From a virus (Duplodnaviria; Caudoviricetes), in the IMG/VR virus record IMGVR_UViG_3300021400_001346, positions 32,001 to 96,000 of that record: a DNA stretch of 64,000 nt, one strand, 5' to 3'. Shown in pieces: positions 42,756-53,070 of this stretch; the first letter of the stretch is position 1; every line of letters begins with the position of its first letter. The notes under the pieces were generated by a model that had not been told where the DNA came from, did not search any database, and saw only the letters and a program-made list of their open reading frames with translations. The position numbers and the translations under genes were made by a program.

Positions 42756-43544
42756 ATGGCAATTTTTTATCAATATATTAAAGGTTATAGTCCAGCCGGT
42801 CCTACTGGTCCTACAGGTGCTGGTGCTTTTGCATTTTTAAGTTTTGGTCCATCTGGAATATCTTTAAAAACCACTGAAGCAAATTCTTTTAGTGCTACTG
42901 GCACTGAACATGGAGATTTATTAACTACTGCAGGGGTCACACAAACAGTAACAAAACGTGTCAATTTTAATGGGCAAGTTGATTTTACTAATAGAGTAAA
43001 CGTTGGTCCTTCTGGAACAGTAGTAGTCTCCGCAGAACGTCCTATTCTTTTTGGTCCTTCCGGCGCGCAAATTAAATCCGGACCATCAGGTATCAGTCTT
43101 GATATTATTGGCGGACCAACTGGAATTTCTATGCAAGGTCCTATTAAAGCCACAGGCGGAATGGCTCTATCTGGAGATTTAAGTGTAACTGGTTCAATTC
43201 GTGCAACATCATTGGTTGAAGGCACATATTTTAACGCTACATCAGATGCTCGTTTAAAAGAGAATATAGAACCGCTTACTTCATCTGCTTTAGACTATCT
43301 TAATCATATTAAAGTCTGCTCTTTTAATTACTTATCTATGCCTGAAGAAAAATGTATTGGTGTAATTGCACAAGACTTAGAAAAATTAGGCTTATACAAT
43401 GATATCGATTTCGTTGCAGAAAACGGCAGTGCTTTAACTGTCAAAGAAAGTAAGTTTGTTTATCTTCTTATGAAGGCTATTCAAGAGCAACAAGAAGAAA
43501 TTAAAGAACTTAAAAAGCAATTGGAGGAATTAAGACATGAGTAG
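42756..43544 (+). CDS. Tail fibre/spike with a C-terminal intramolecular chaperone (peptidase S74-like)
   Basis: TSDARLKENI, IGVIAQDL, LMKAIQEQQEEI coiled coil; GPSG/GPTG repeats. Confidence 0.85.
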   Translation: MAIFYQYIKGYSPAGPTGPTGAGAFAFLSFGPSGISLKTTEANSFSATGTEHGDLLTTAGVTQTVTKRVNFNGQVDFTNRVNVGPSGTVVVSAERPILFGPSGAQIKSGPSGISLDIIGGPTGISMQGPIKATGGMALSGDLSVTGSIRATSLVEGTYFNATSDARLKENIEPLTSSALDYLNHIKVCSFNYLSMPEEKCIGVIAQDLEKLGLYNDIDFVAENGSALTVKESKFVYLLMKAIQEQQEEIKELKKQLEELRHE

Positions 43545-44136
43545 TTATTCTTTACCGTCTGATAAATTTTATTTTAGAAATAAGGAAACAGAAGAAGCTA
43601 TCGATCTTTGGGCTCCTTATGCTGGAATAGCCACTTATGCTGAATTTGCCGGTGCACCAACTGGAACTTTAGCAACAACTATTACACAACTTCGACAAGA
43701 TATTACAAGTGTTTCAGGTAGTCTTGGTACTTTACGAGTAGATTTTGATACTCTAAACTCTACTGTCACTCGTGACATGAACAAGTTTTTAGCCGTATCT
43801 GAGCGTATTCAAGTTGCATCAGGCACTTTTAATACAGGAAAAAATATAGGAAGTATTCCTTCTGGTATATATGAACTACAAATGTGAACTGATAGTGATA
43901 CAGATGGCTTTATGAACAATCTTGTTTTAGTTTATATAAATGGAATTGATTGGTATCAAGATCAAACAATATATTCTCACAATACATCTGATGAAAACTG
44001 ATATCAAATTACAACACAAATTCTTTCTACTAATACAATGACAGTTTCTGTAGAACGTTTTAGTTTTTATAATCCAACCGATCGTGATACTGTATCCGGT
44101 GGTTGAACTTTATATCGTATTACAACTTTAAAATAA
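43537..44136 (+). CDS. Putative tail fibre accessory/receptor-binding protein, 199 aa; TGA at 43885, 43999 and 44104
   Basis: Readthrough ends at TAA adjoining the terminator. Confidence 0.6.
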
Positions 44137-44166
44137 AAACCTCTCTTAAAATAGAGAGGTTTTTTC
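44135..44166. terminator. Bidirectional terminator between the structural and replication modules
   Basis: AAAAACCTCTCT-TAAAAT-AGAGAGGTTTTTT. Confidence 0.85.
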
Positions 44167-44781
44167 ATTATTGTCTTTTTTCTTCCATCTATCTGGATGT
44201 ACTTGTGGGTCTACATAGAAGAAAATATTTTTAAGCATCAATACATCTTCTAAAGCGTCATGCGCTCCTTCGTTATCAAATCCTAAGATTTCAGCAACAA
44301 GACTTAAACGCCATTTGCGTCCTAATTTATCTTTTAAACCATGCCAATTCATTTTCTTTGCATCATAGATACAATCGTAATAACCATCAATGCCAGGGAA
44401 TTTTTCTTTATTAAAGAAGTCGTAATGAATGCCTAAAATGCGGCAACGCTCATTTAACATACGACGGTCAAATGCTTCGCCGTTATAAGTCAATACCAAG
44501 TCTACATCATGTTCTTTCATTCATACACAAAAATCACCTAAAACTTCACTTTCGCGGCGGCAGTTAACTAAATCTTTTTGATAGATGCCGTGAACTGCAG
44601 AGGCGTCAGGTGCGATAGTATGAGTTGTTTTAATACGCTCATTAAAACTATCAATGATTTTTCCATCTGTATTAACAATTACTGCGGCGATTTGAATTGG
44701 CGCGGCAGTATTCCAATAACGGTCGGTTGTTTCAGTATCTAAAATACATATGCTTTTAAAGTCGTGAATATTAAAGTCCAT
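44146..44781 (-). CDS. DnaQ-like DEDDh 3'-5' exonuclease, 211 aa; TGA at 44521
   Basis: LDTETT and VHGI before the TGA; YNGEAFD and AHDALED after it. Confidence 0.88.
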
Positions 44782-45907
44782 AAGTAAACTCCTTTTCTCA
44801 AATTGATCATGGTATTGTAATGTCGTTCTCTTTTTTATTTCCCCATTCGGTAAGTAAAAATTCTTTGTTTTGATAAGTTTGTCGTAATAAATCACGGAAT
44901 ACTGGATGCCATTCGTAAGGGCGACACCAGTATAATTGTTGTCTGTCTCGGCTGTATCCAACATAGCGGGCTGATAAATAGGCTAACCAGCTGCGCTTAT
45001 AAGATTTACTATTAGTCCATTCTGACACCATTTGAAACATAAAGAAATAAGGTGTCTCAGTATATTCTTTAGGTCCAATTACTTGCAACTGGATTTTATT
45101 TTCCTTGCAGAGAGTTATCCTACTACACAATAAATTAAATTCGTTTTGCGCTATTTTTGTATCTACCCAATGTTTGGAAGGAACCGGGCTGTATTTCATA
45201 GATAGCGGGCCAATTTTGGCGTTAGGAAAGGCTGTTTTTATTCGCACTAGTCCTTTTAACGCAACGTCAAATTCATTTCAACTGATAACATACCACTTTA
45301 AGTTTGAACCAGCACCAATTGATAATTCTAAGAAGATTTGAAACAATTCTTCATTCATCACCAGACGCATTAAATCAATTGGCTTGGTAAAATATAAGTT
45401 CTTGTGTCCCTTTAGTAAAGTGAATACTTCGATAAGGTCTTCTGTCGCGGCGTGTCATAAGGCAGGATCAGTTAACATTAAACGCTTGTGTTGAAATGCG
45501 TTCGTATAATCTTGAGTTAATGGTAAACGCTTGCCGTCATTATCAAAGAAACGCACTTGTTCTGCCCTTTCCAGTTGTGTATTTAATTCTGGATAAAGTA
45601 AATAATCAGGTCGACATCCTAACATTGCAGGTGTCATTTTCCATTTGACCTTTACTCTATATGCATCTCCCCACCATCTGACCTTTTTATTTAACAAGAA
45701 GTCTAGTGGTGGGTTAGGTGTTTCACTTTTCTCTTTAATAATATAATAGATATCATATGGTCGGCGAATATCGTCTTCCTTAGTAACGAAATTAATAGTA
45801 TCACCTAATTGCTTGTGATAACTACTAATTTTCATTACATCTGGATTAAAACAATTTACTTTTTCAGGCGCATAGTAATAATCTAAATCTCAAATACTAA
45901 CCTTCAT
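44771..45907 (-). CDS. 378-aa protein with five TGA; N-terminus resembles phage radical-SAM-type proteins but has no CxxxCxxC
   Basis: MKVSI[W]DLD..NPDVMKISSYHKQLGD..RPDYLLYP; TGA at 45890, 45455, 45278, 44807 and 44798; overlaps both neighbours. Confidence 0.65.
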
Positions 45908-48900
45908 TTTGTACGCTCCTCTTTTCTTCGAGTTCTACAAAATTACCCATATCGTCTAATACAATTCTTTCAATTGCTTGACGACCTGTATTCTTATATA
46001 CCTTTGGAATAAATGTTGCGCCTCTTTGAATACCTGTAACTAATAAGTGCACTCCTTTTTCAAAGAAACTGTCTTGTTCGATATCTTTTTCGCCGTTTTC
46101 ATTAATATCACCAATGACGGCAACAAATGTTGAATATAAATCTTTATATACCTTCAAACTGACAACACCATCGACCGTTTGTAAAGTTACTAAGCCTTTA
46201 ACTTTATCTCTATCAATGACTGTGCCCGCTAAAGTATATAATTTCATTTTTGGAATTTGTTTACCTTTAATTAAGAAGAAACCATCTGGCGCACCTTCAA
46301 CTACTTCTTCTAAGAAATTAACTTCAATGCCAAGTTGAGGAATAACTTTTGTTAATGGATGCCCATCAAAATAGAAGTTAACACTATCAAGTTCCCATTG
46401 TAACTCATCACCATTACAATATTTATTCCACTCTGTCATAAACAAACGATTATTTAATTTCTCCAATAATTCGTCGTGATGAGCTTTAATATAATTCTTA
46501 ATCGTTAACATTTTGCGGTCATAGAAGTTATCCCACAAATTACTATCCATTACACGACATGGAACTCCATCTAATACCAAGTCTTGTCCACGTACGCCGG
46601 CATCCACAATAATTTGTTTCCAAATATCTATTTTATCTACTGGCACTTCTAATGCATCGCCAATATACCATAACTTATTCTTATCTCTATGTTTTCTTAA
46701 TTCTTTTGTGAGTTTATAAACTTCACTTTCATAAGATAGTTCAGGTGGCAATAATCCTTGGTCAATTAACATATTTGCATTTTGCATAGTTAACTTTTGC
46801 TTTGCATCACATACTTGCCAAATAAAATCTGTTAAAATCTCTTTTCTATCCTTCTTTTCAATGCGGTCAAATGCGCCGCATTTAATTAAATTAATAACTT
46901 TATCTTTTGTAACAATACGACTTGTTGTTCTATTTAAGAAATCTTTTAGTGAAGAATATGGTCTATTAATCATAATTTCTTCAATAACTGGCGCCGTTAC
47001 TCTACTAATACCTTTTAAACCATACAAAATAGAATTATCTTTTACATCTGGTGTAAATCCTAATCGAGATTCATTTATATCTGGTAAACGTACTTTACAG
47101 CCGCTACCTCTAAAGTTATCGAGTGCTTGTGCAATCTTTGCATAATCCATTTTATTTTGCACTCTCTTACCTTCAACTTCATCGATTTCAACGATGTTTT
47201 CATCGACCAAGTTATAAAAATCTTGCGCGTTAATTGCACTACTATCAACTGATAAACATGCTGTGTTCCAATAAATAATTGGCCATTTGTGCGCCAAGTT
47301 CATTTCTTGAACCGCAATAATTGAATAACCTGTTGTATGTAAACGGCTAAAAGAATAACCTAATGACATACCGATTTGAACTTTCCAAACATAATCTAAT
47401 AATACTTTTCTAGTTCCCGCGGCTAATCCTTTTTCATAAAATAATTGTCTAACATTTTCAATTTCTCTAAATGCCTTCTTTGCAATTGTTTTTCTTAATC
47501 GGTTGGCTTCTTGCATTGTAAAGTTACTAATATGTGGATCCATGGAAAGTTCCATAACAACTTCTTGAGATTCGGCAAGTCCGCAAGAACCTTCCAAATA
47601 CTTTTTTAATACTTTTACTTCATCTGCATTTAAACCATATTCGTTCATCTCATCATACCAAAGTTGAGGTGAAGTTTTAAATTTAACATATTTATCTAAT
47701 GGAAGTTCCGCACCTTTTTCGCCCATTAATCTCATGATTGAGTTTGCAACCGCTAATTCAGTTAAACTGTGCGGACGAATTTGCTTAATTGCCTGGCCAC
47801 CGACTAATGTATCGAACTGGAATAAACTTCTAATTTCACCATTTGCGGCCTTATCCCACATTTCTTTATCATTATAATCAATTACTTGCGGCGACAAATA
47901 TTTATTATAAGTACTTCTTAAATCGCCTTGCCATTCAAGAGTACCATCTTCTAACATATAATTCATGGTTTGGTGAATACGGTCAAGCGCTGAAACTGTT
48001 AATAAATCGTATTTAACTAAACCACAACGCTCCAATTTGTGTAAATCAAAACAGGTGACTAATTGTTCCTTATTAGTCTTCATGAAACCTGCATAATCAG
48101 TTAATGGACTATTCAAACAAACAACACCTGAAGCATGAACACCTAATCTGGTGACCAATCCTTCAATGCCTTGCGCAACTTCCCATAACATTGGGTTTTC
48201 GTCCATTACTTGTTTAAATGCGGCACGACCTTCTCTATCCTCACCGTTACCATAATAACAATCATGCAAGCTCCAGTCAAAACCTCTTTCATTAGGTATC
48301 ATTGAAGTTACATATGTAATTAAGTCATCATCTATATTTAAACCACGACCTGCGGTCTTTAATGCACTCTTAGTTCCTTCTGTACCAAAAGTACAAACAT
48401 TAACAACATCTCCACCTAAGCTTTGGAAATATTCTCTAATGTTATTAAAAACGGCGGCTCTCTTATCTGACTCTGAGTCAACATCAATATCAGGTAAGTC
48501 TGGTCTAGATGGGTGCATAAATCTCCAAACATATGGAAGATTTAATTCAATTGGGTTCATTTGTGTGATACCTAATAAATAATTAATCAACATCGCACCT
48601 GCCGAACCACGGCTTGGACCAACAATTGAACCGGCTTCCCACATTAAGTCAATCATTTTTGCCATTGAAATAAAATAATCAGACATGTGTTGACCAATCT
48701 TTTCGCCGACTTCTTTAATTGTCCATAATTCTTCTTCTAATCTATTATAATATGTTTCACTATTCCAAGTTTCATCATATTTATTAATATACCCATGTGC
48801 AATTAATCGTGCCAAATAATTATCGGCTTGATTATCTGTATGTAAATAATAATAAAAGTTTGGATAAGTTTGTTCGTCTACATCATCAAAAAACTCTAAA

Positions 48901-49955
48901 TCTTCTTTATATTCATCAAAATGTTCATATGCAACACGTGCTATAACTTGTTTTTGGTCTAATGTATAATAAGAGCACATTTGTTGAATACGATTTGTAT
49001 TATTAATCATTTCTTGGAATTGTTCTTCGGTTATATAACTTTTCATAAAGCCATAAACTTCTTCCGCGGCCATCATATATGCATAACCATAAAATTCGTC
49101 GACATCTCTAGTTCCACTGGAACGGCTATTTAAAAATGCCTTATGAACTTCTCTTAAAGCTGGCTTTAAATAATGCGCGTCTGTTGTAAAAATAAAAGGA
49201 TACTTGCCCCAATAATTATTAATTAACCATTTATTATAATCTATTTGGTCAAACTTTTCACTTGGTTGTAACTCTAAATAATAATTCCCCTTACCAAATA
49301 ATTCTTCCATCATTTGTAAGTGATTATCAATTTGTTGTTTAATCGCACGTTTTTGTTCTTCGTCTAAGCATGCCACCATCTCGTTATATTTACGCGCGAC
49401 ATATCCAGCCAAACATGCTGTTGAACATACTATATGTCCACCTTTAACAATTTCAAATAAATCAGATGGATAGGTTGGTGTTCTCATCATACGTCCATAA
49501 AAGAACCCACGACTCCATGCGCGACTACTTAATTGACGTATTTGTTTAAAACCTTCGGCATCTTTTGCTACTAAAAGATAATGATAAAAATAGGTCTTTT
49601 CACCATTCTTATAGTTTTCTCTTTGCGTTTCTTCAGTGACACCTTCGGCTGTTAGATAAATTTCATTACCCAACATAATTTTAAAGTTTAATTCAGCAGC
49701 CATTTCTTCTACTGATGGTACTTCTTTGTCTGGATTTAATTTTGTCCATTCATCAGTTATTTTTCTTTTATAACAATCTAATTCTTCAATGGCACCTGAA
49801 ATACAATCATGGTCAGTAAAAGCGAGACCAGAAAACCCTAAGTCCCACGCATAATTAATCATATCCATTGGACGATTAATACTATCTATAACATGGACAT
49901 TTGAATATTCTGTATGATTATGTAATGATGTATAAAATTGATGTTCTGATCTCAT
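45897..49955 (-). CDS. dnaE: DNA polymerase III alpha subunit
   Basis: PHP domain (LHNHTEYS, FTDH, TTDAHY), GPSRGSAG, PDIDVD, GVHASG, KYDLL, GYSFSRLH, PDINES. Confidence 0.97.
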   Translation of the reverse strand: MRSEHQFYTSLHNHTEYSNVHVIDSINRPMDMINYAWDLGFSGLAFTDHDCISGAIEELDCYKRKITDEWTKLNPDKEVPSVEEMAAELNFKIMLGNEIYLTAEGVTEETQRENYKNGEKTYFYHYLLVAKDAEGFKQIRQLSSRAWSRGFFYGRMMRTPTYPSDLFEIVKGGHIVCSTACLAGYVARKYNEMVACLDEEQKRAIKQQIDNHLQMMEELFGKGNYYLELQPSEKFDQIDYNKWLINNYWGKYPFIFTTDAHYLKPALREVHKAFLNSRSSGTRDVDEFYGYAYMMAAEEVYGFMKSYITEEQFQEMINNTNRIQQMCSYYTLDQKQVIARVAYEHFDEYKEDLEFFDDVDEQTYPNFYYYLHTDNQADNYLARLIAHGYINKYDETWNSETYYNRLEEELWTIKEVGEKIGQHMSDYFISMAKMIDLMWEAGSIVGPSRGSAGAMLINYLLGITQMNPIELNLPYVWRFMHPSRPDLPDIDVDSESDKRAAVFNNIREYFQSLGGDVVNVCTFGTEGTKSALKTAGRGLNIDDDLITYVTSMIPNERGFDWSLHDCYYGNGEDREGRAAFKQVMDENPMLWEVAQGIEGLVTRLGVHASGVVCLNSPLTDYAGFMKTNKEQLVTCFDLHKLERCGLVKYDLLTVSALDRIHQTMNYMLEDGTLEWQGDLRSTYNKYLSPQVIDYNDKEMWDKAANGEIRSLFQFDTLVGGQAIKQIRPHSLTELAVANSIMRLMGEKGAELPLDKYVKFKTSPQLWYDEMNEYGLNADEVKVLKKYLEGSCGLAESQEVVMELSMDPHISNFTMQEANRLRKTIAKKAFREIENVRQLFYEKGLAAGTRKVLLDYVWKVQIGMSLGYSFSRLHTTGYSIIAVQEMNLAHKWPIIYWNTACLSVDSSAINAQDFYNLVDENIVEIDEVEGKRVQNKMDYAKIAQALDNFRGSGCKVRLPDINESRLGFTPDVKDNSILYGLKGISRVTAPVIEEIMINRPYSSLKDFLNRTTSRIVTKDKVINLIKCGAFDRIEKKDRKEILTDFIWQVCDAKQKLTMQNANMLIDQGLLPPELSYESEVYKLTKELRKHRDKNKLWYIGDALEVPVDKIDIWKQIIVDAGVRGQDLVLDGVPCRVMDSNLWDNFYDRKMLTIKNYIKAHHDELLEKLNNRLFMTEWNKYCNGDELQWELDSVNFYFDGHPLTKVIPQLGIEVNFLEEVVEGAPDGFFLIKGKQIPKMKLYTLAGTVIDRDKVKGLVTLQTVDGVVSLKVYKDLYSTFVAVIGDINENGEKDIEQDSFFEKGVHLLVTGIQRGATFIPKVYKNTGRQAIERIVLDDMGNFVELEEKRSVQNEG

Positions 49956-49984
49956 ATTTGTTTTCCTTTACTTATTTTATTATA

Positions 49985-50200
49985 TTATATCTTTTTGGCT
50001 TCGTCAATACTTTCTTGGCCTATATCCCAAAACTCATTATAAAGAGTGTCTGCATTATCGTAGTAATCAGTAATTAATTCAATGGCTTGTTCTTTTGTGC
50101 AGTCAATGTAAATATCATCCATAATAGACATAAAGAACTCTGGATAATCTGACCTAGACATAACTGCGCCCCATTTCTTTTTAAACTCTTGTAAATTCAT
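49985..50200 (-). CDS. Hypothetical protein, 71 aa
   Basis: ORF coupled to recJ. Confidence 0.6.
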   Translation of the reverse strand: MNLQEFKKKWGAVMSRSDYPEFFMSIMDDIYIDCTKEQAIELITDYYDNADTLYNEFWDIGQESIDEAKKI

Positions 50201-51993
50201 TATATTAAATCTCCTAAATTATTAGAACGAACAATTTGTGTAGACAACAGTGGTTCTACAACATAATCGTCCATAACGATTTGTATGCTTGAACGCCCCA
50301 TAAACTCATTTAAGCTTGGCGCACCAACAATCGTGATGTGTCCAGATGTATAAGTTTGTAATAATTTAACAAGCGCGGCATCTTTGAAAGTTACAAAATC
50401 TATACCATCGTATTTAATTTTTACTGAGCTCTTGTCTTTACCCATGATTTGAACATTTGAAGGCGAATAGTTAAAATCAAATGCAAATAATGGACGAGGT
50501 AAACCATTACCCCATAATTTATCTTGTTGCGCGAACTCATATAACATACCTTGGTCAATAAAGTCACTGCTATGGAACCAATAATCAACCTCAAACACTG
50601 TATCATTAAATGATTCGGCGTTTAACATCTTGTCTGAATAAGCGCGCAATGCATCAACATTTTCTTTAGTGATAAATAAGCCATGCGCATTGGCGTGTCC
50701 AGCCGCGTATAAAACCAAGCCACTTTGTTTTAGAAAGTCAAGTAAACTTGGAATGCCGTAGAAATTACCATTACGTCCACTACCTCCATAAACCATCTGT
50801 CCTTCGTATTCAGTGGTACGTAAGACTAAACATGGTTTGCCGAACTCTTTAACAAGTTCCATGGCGATAAGCCCCGTAACGTTTTGATTTACTTTTTTAC
50901 TATCTTCTTCATTAATTGTAGCAATGACAATATTATGTTGGTCCCACCCGTTTTTGCGGATTTCGTCGCATAACCATTCAAAGGACTTTTTCTTTGCACT
51001 GTCTTGTCTACTCTTGGCATTTACTGCAAGACGAACGGCATGTTGATATAACGTTTCATAGTTCTTTACGCCGCGCCATTCGTGAAGGAAGTTCTCAGTG
51101 CAATTTTCTTCCCATAAGGCACGGAAGACTAAGTTCTTATCTTCAGCAGTGCCGCTACGAATAACACCATTAATAACAGGTGCAATATAGAAGGCAACAT
51201 CAATCTTGCTAAGGTGAGCCGCGTCTTTGATGCCTCTTTCTTGTTTTTCTGCCAATTCCTTTAAAAATTTATTTTTAATATTATTAAGACCATTATAAGC
51301 AATCCAGTTATTGCCGAGAGTAGTCATATTCATGGCATCTGCAATAATTCCTACCGCGGTTAAATCTAAGTAATCGTCTGCGATAGGCGAATCGGCGAAA
51401 TGTTTTTCGTCCATGGCTCGTAAGAACATATAGACGATACCAACACCGCTTAAGTTCTTATTGAAGAACTCAGGACTAAATTGGTTATTAACCAAGATGG
51501 CGCCGGTCTCTTCATAATTTTCATTAACTTCGTGATGGTCTAAAATAATAACAGTCTTATTTGCGGCGATAAGTTCTTTTTGTTGTTCATAATCATTTGA
51601 ACCGGCATCAGGAATAAATATTAACTTATCATCTGTTTTGATGTAGTCGCAATTAATACCATGTTCCTTGCCATTATGTAATTCATAATTAATTCTTACT
51701 GTTGGCCATCTGCGTTTAATGTATGAGATTAAAATCGCAGATGATGTAAAACCATCTGTATCAGAGTCCGGTTGAACATATACATTCGCGCCGCCATTAA
51801 GCAACTGATAGGCGGTTTCAACGGCATAGTCTAAGTTCAATAACTTGTGAGGATTATCAACATCTGAGAAACGTGGAGCCGCCAAAAAACTATTAACATC
51901 TTGGATTTTAATACCCAAGCTAGTTAAATAACTGGTTAAATAACTTTTATCGCCAGGATTGATGTGGTTTACTTTTAATTCAATACGTTTCAT
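50200..51993 (-). CDS. recJ: RecJ-like ssDNA exonuclease (DHH/DHHA1)
   Basis: DSDTDGFTS, HG, ILDHH, GIIAD, APVIN, GSGR, AGHANAHG. Confidence 0.93.
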   Translation of the reverse strand: MKRIELKVNHINPGDKSYLTSYLTSLGIKIQDVNSFLAAPRFSDVDNPHKLLNLDYAVETAYQLLNGGANVYVQPDSDTDGFTSSAILISYIKRRWPTVRINYELHNGKEHGINCDYIKTDDKLIFIPDAGSNDYEQQKELIAANKTVIILDHHEVNENYEETGAILVNNQFSPEFFNKNLSGVGIVYMFLRAMDEKHFADSPIADDYLDLTAVGIIADAMNMTTLGNNWIAYNGLNNIKNKFLKELAEKQERGIKDAAHLSKIDVAFYIAPVINGVIRSGTAEDKNLVFRALWEENCTENFLHEWRGVKNYETLYQHAVRLAVNAKSRQDSAKKKSFEWLCDEIRKNGWDQHNIVIATINEEDSKKVNQNVTGLIAMELVKEFGKPCLVLRTTEYEGQMVYGGSGRNGNFYGIPSLLDFLKQSGLVLYAAGHANAHGLFITKENVDALRAYSDKMLNAESFNDTVFEVDYWFHSSDFIDQGMLYEFAQQDKLWGNGLPRPLFAFDFNYSPSNVQIMGKDKSSVKIKYDGIDFVTFKDAALVKLLQTYTSGHITIVGAPSLNEFMGRSSIQIVMDDYVVEPLLSTQIVRSNNLGDLI

Positions 51994-53069
51994 TATTTTA
52001 TTATCTCCCTTTCAGCTAATAGTTTTTCAAAAGTCTCTTTGCCGCCATCAATTGGACTACTCTTGTATGGTAATACAAAGTCGTAATCTATTAAGATGCT
52101 TACATTAAAGTAAGGCGATAATAGACGCGCTTTGGCAATATACTTTTCTCGTACTTCTTGTAGTTGCTGATAATCTTCATAATCGGTATCATATGCTAAA
52201 ATAACATTTGCGACACCCAATTTTAATAAATATTGTATGTGTTCTCGTGTAATATTTTGACCTAAAGTTGCAAGTGCAATATTTTGGTCATCTCCATAAA
52301 TGGTTCCATAGTGCAATACTGACTTTTCACCCTCAAAAATAATACACATATGTTTTCTTCTTATGTTCTTTTGGTTTTCCCATATGCCATAAAAGGTGCG
52401 GCCCGTTGGGTGATTGAATAATTGATTGTCCAAATAGGCTGGACGATACTTACCTTTTAAAATATCTTCTGGTTTGAAAAAACGTTCTCGAATCCCTATT
52501 AAATTACCTTTCATGTCAAAGTTAGGGATTAGAATGGCATCGTGGGCTTTATTATATTTAATATTAAACTTCTGCAAAGTTTCGATGCTGATGCCTTCTT
52601 CAATCCAAGGCATTAACCCTGCAAAATCAAAACTAAATTTTCTTAAGATACTTTTGTCGTATACCTTAAAATTTAAGTTGTCGATATCTGGTATATACAT
52701 ATTGTTTAAAGTTTGCATATACTTAATATCTTCAGACGTATTATATTTTCTATCTTCTACTACAATGTGACTTGCATCTAAATCACATAAACTAACCGCT
52801 TGTTGTAATGTAATCTCTTGGTCACGCAATTTATACATCTTTTGCAATAATGTAAAGATGTCAAATGTATCCGCGCATTCAGTAAAGCAGTGGAAGAGTT
52901 TACTATTTTTATAATAATATAACTTTGGACTGCCGCCTTCCAAGTTGTGGCAACAAGTAGGGAATATTATTACTTCGCTAGTTTCATCATATGGTTCTAC
53001 ATTAAATTGACCTAAAATATTTTTAATCATTTCATCTGTCAATTGTTCTCTTAACTCTTTAAAATTCAT
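51993..53069 (-). CDS. DNA primase (Zn finger plus TOPRIM)
   Basis: CCH..HCFTEC, IFEGEKS, LAYDTD. Confidence 0.88.
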   Translation of the reverse strand: MNFKELREQLTDEMIKNILGQFNVEPYDETSEVIIFPTCCHNLEGGSPKLYYYKNSKLFHCFTECADTFDIFTLLQKMYKLRDQEITLQQAVSLCDLDASHIVVEDRKYNTSEDIKYMQTLNNMYIPDIDNLNFKVYDKSILRKFSFDFAGLMPWIEEGISIETLQKFNIKYNKAHDAILIPNFDMKGNLIGIRERFFKPEDILKGKYRPAYLDNQLFNHPTGRTFYGIWENQKNIRRKHMCIIFEGEKSVLHYGTIYGDDQNIALATLGQNITREHIQYLLKLGVANVILAYDTDYEDYQQLQEVREKYIAKARLLSPYFNVSILIDYDFVLPYKSSPIDGGKETFEKLLAEREIIK

Positions 53070-53070
53070 A

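Noticed and set aside
14817-44136. Fragmented structural ORFs read as pseudogenes or frameshifts
   Set aside because: Every break is an in-frame TGA with no frame change and no TAA/TAG, so recoding explains them all
12435-45907. TGA as selenocysteine
   Set aside because: Too many sites in unrelated genes, and the contexts fit Trp (EYESR[W], ALD[W]V, DFY[W]E)
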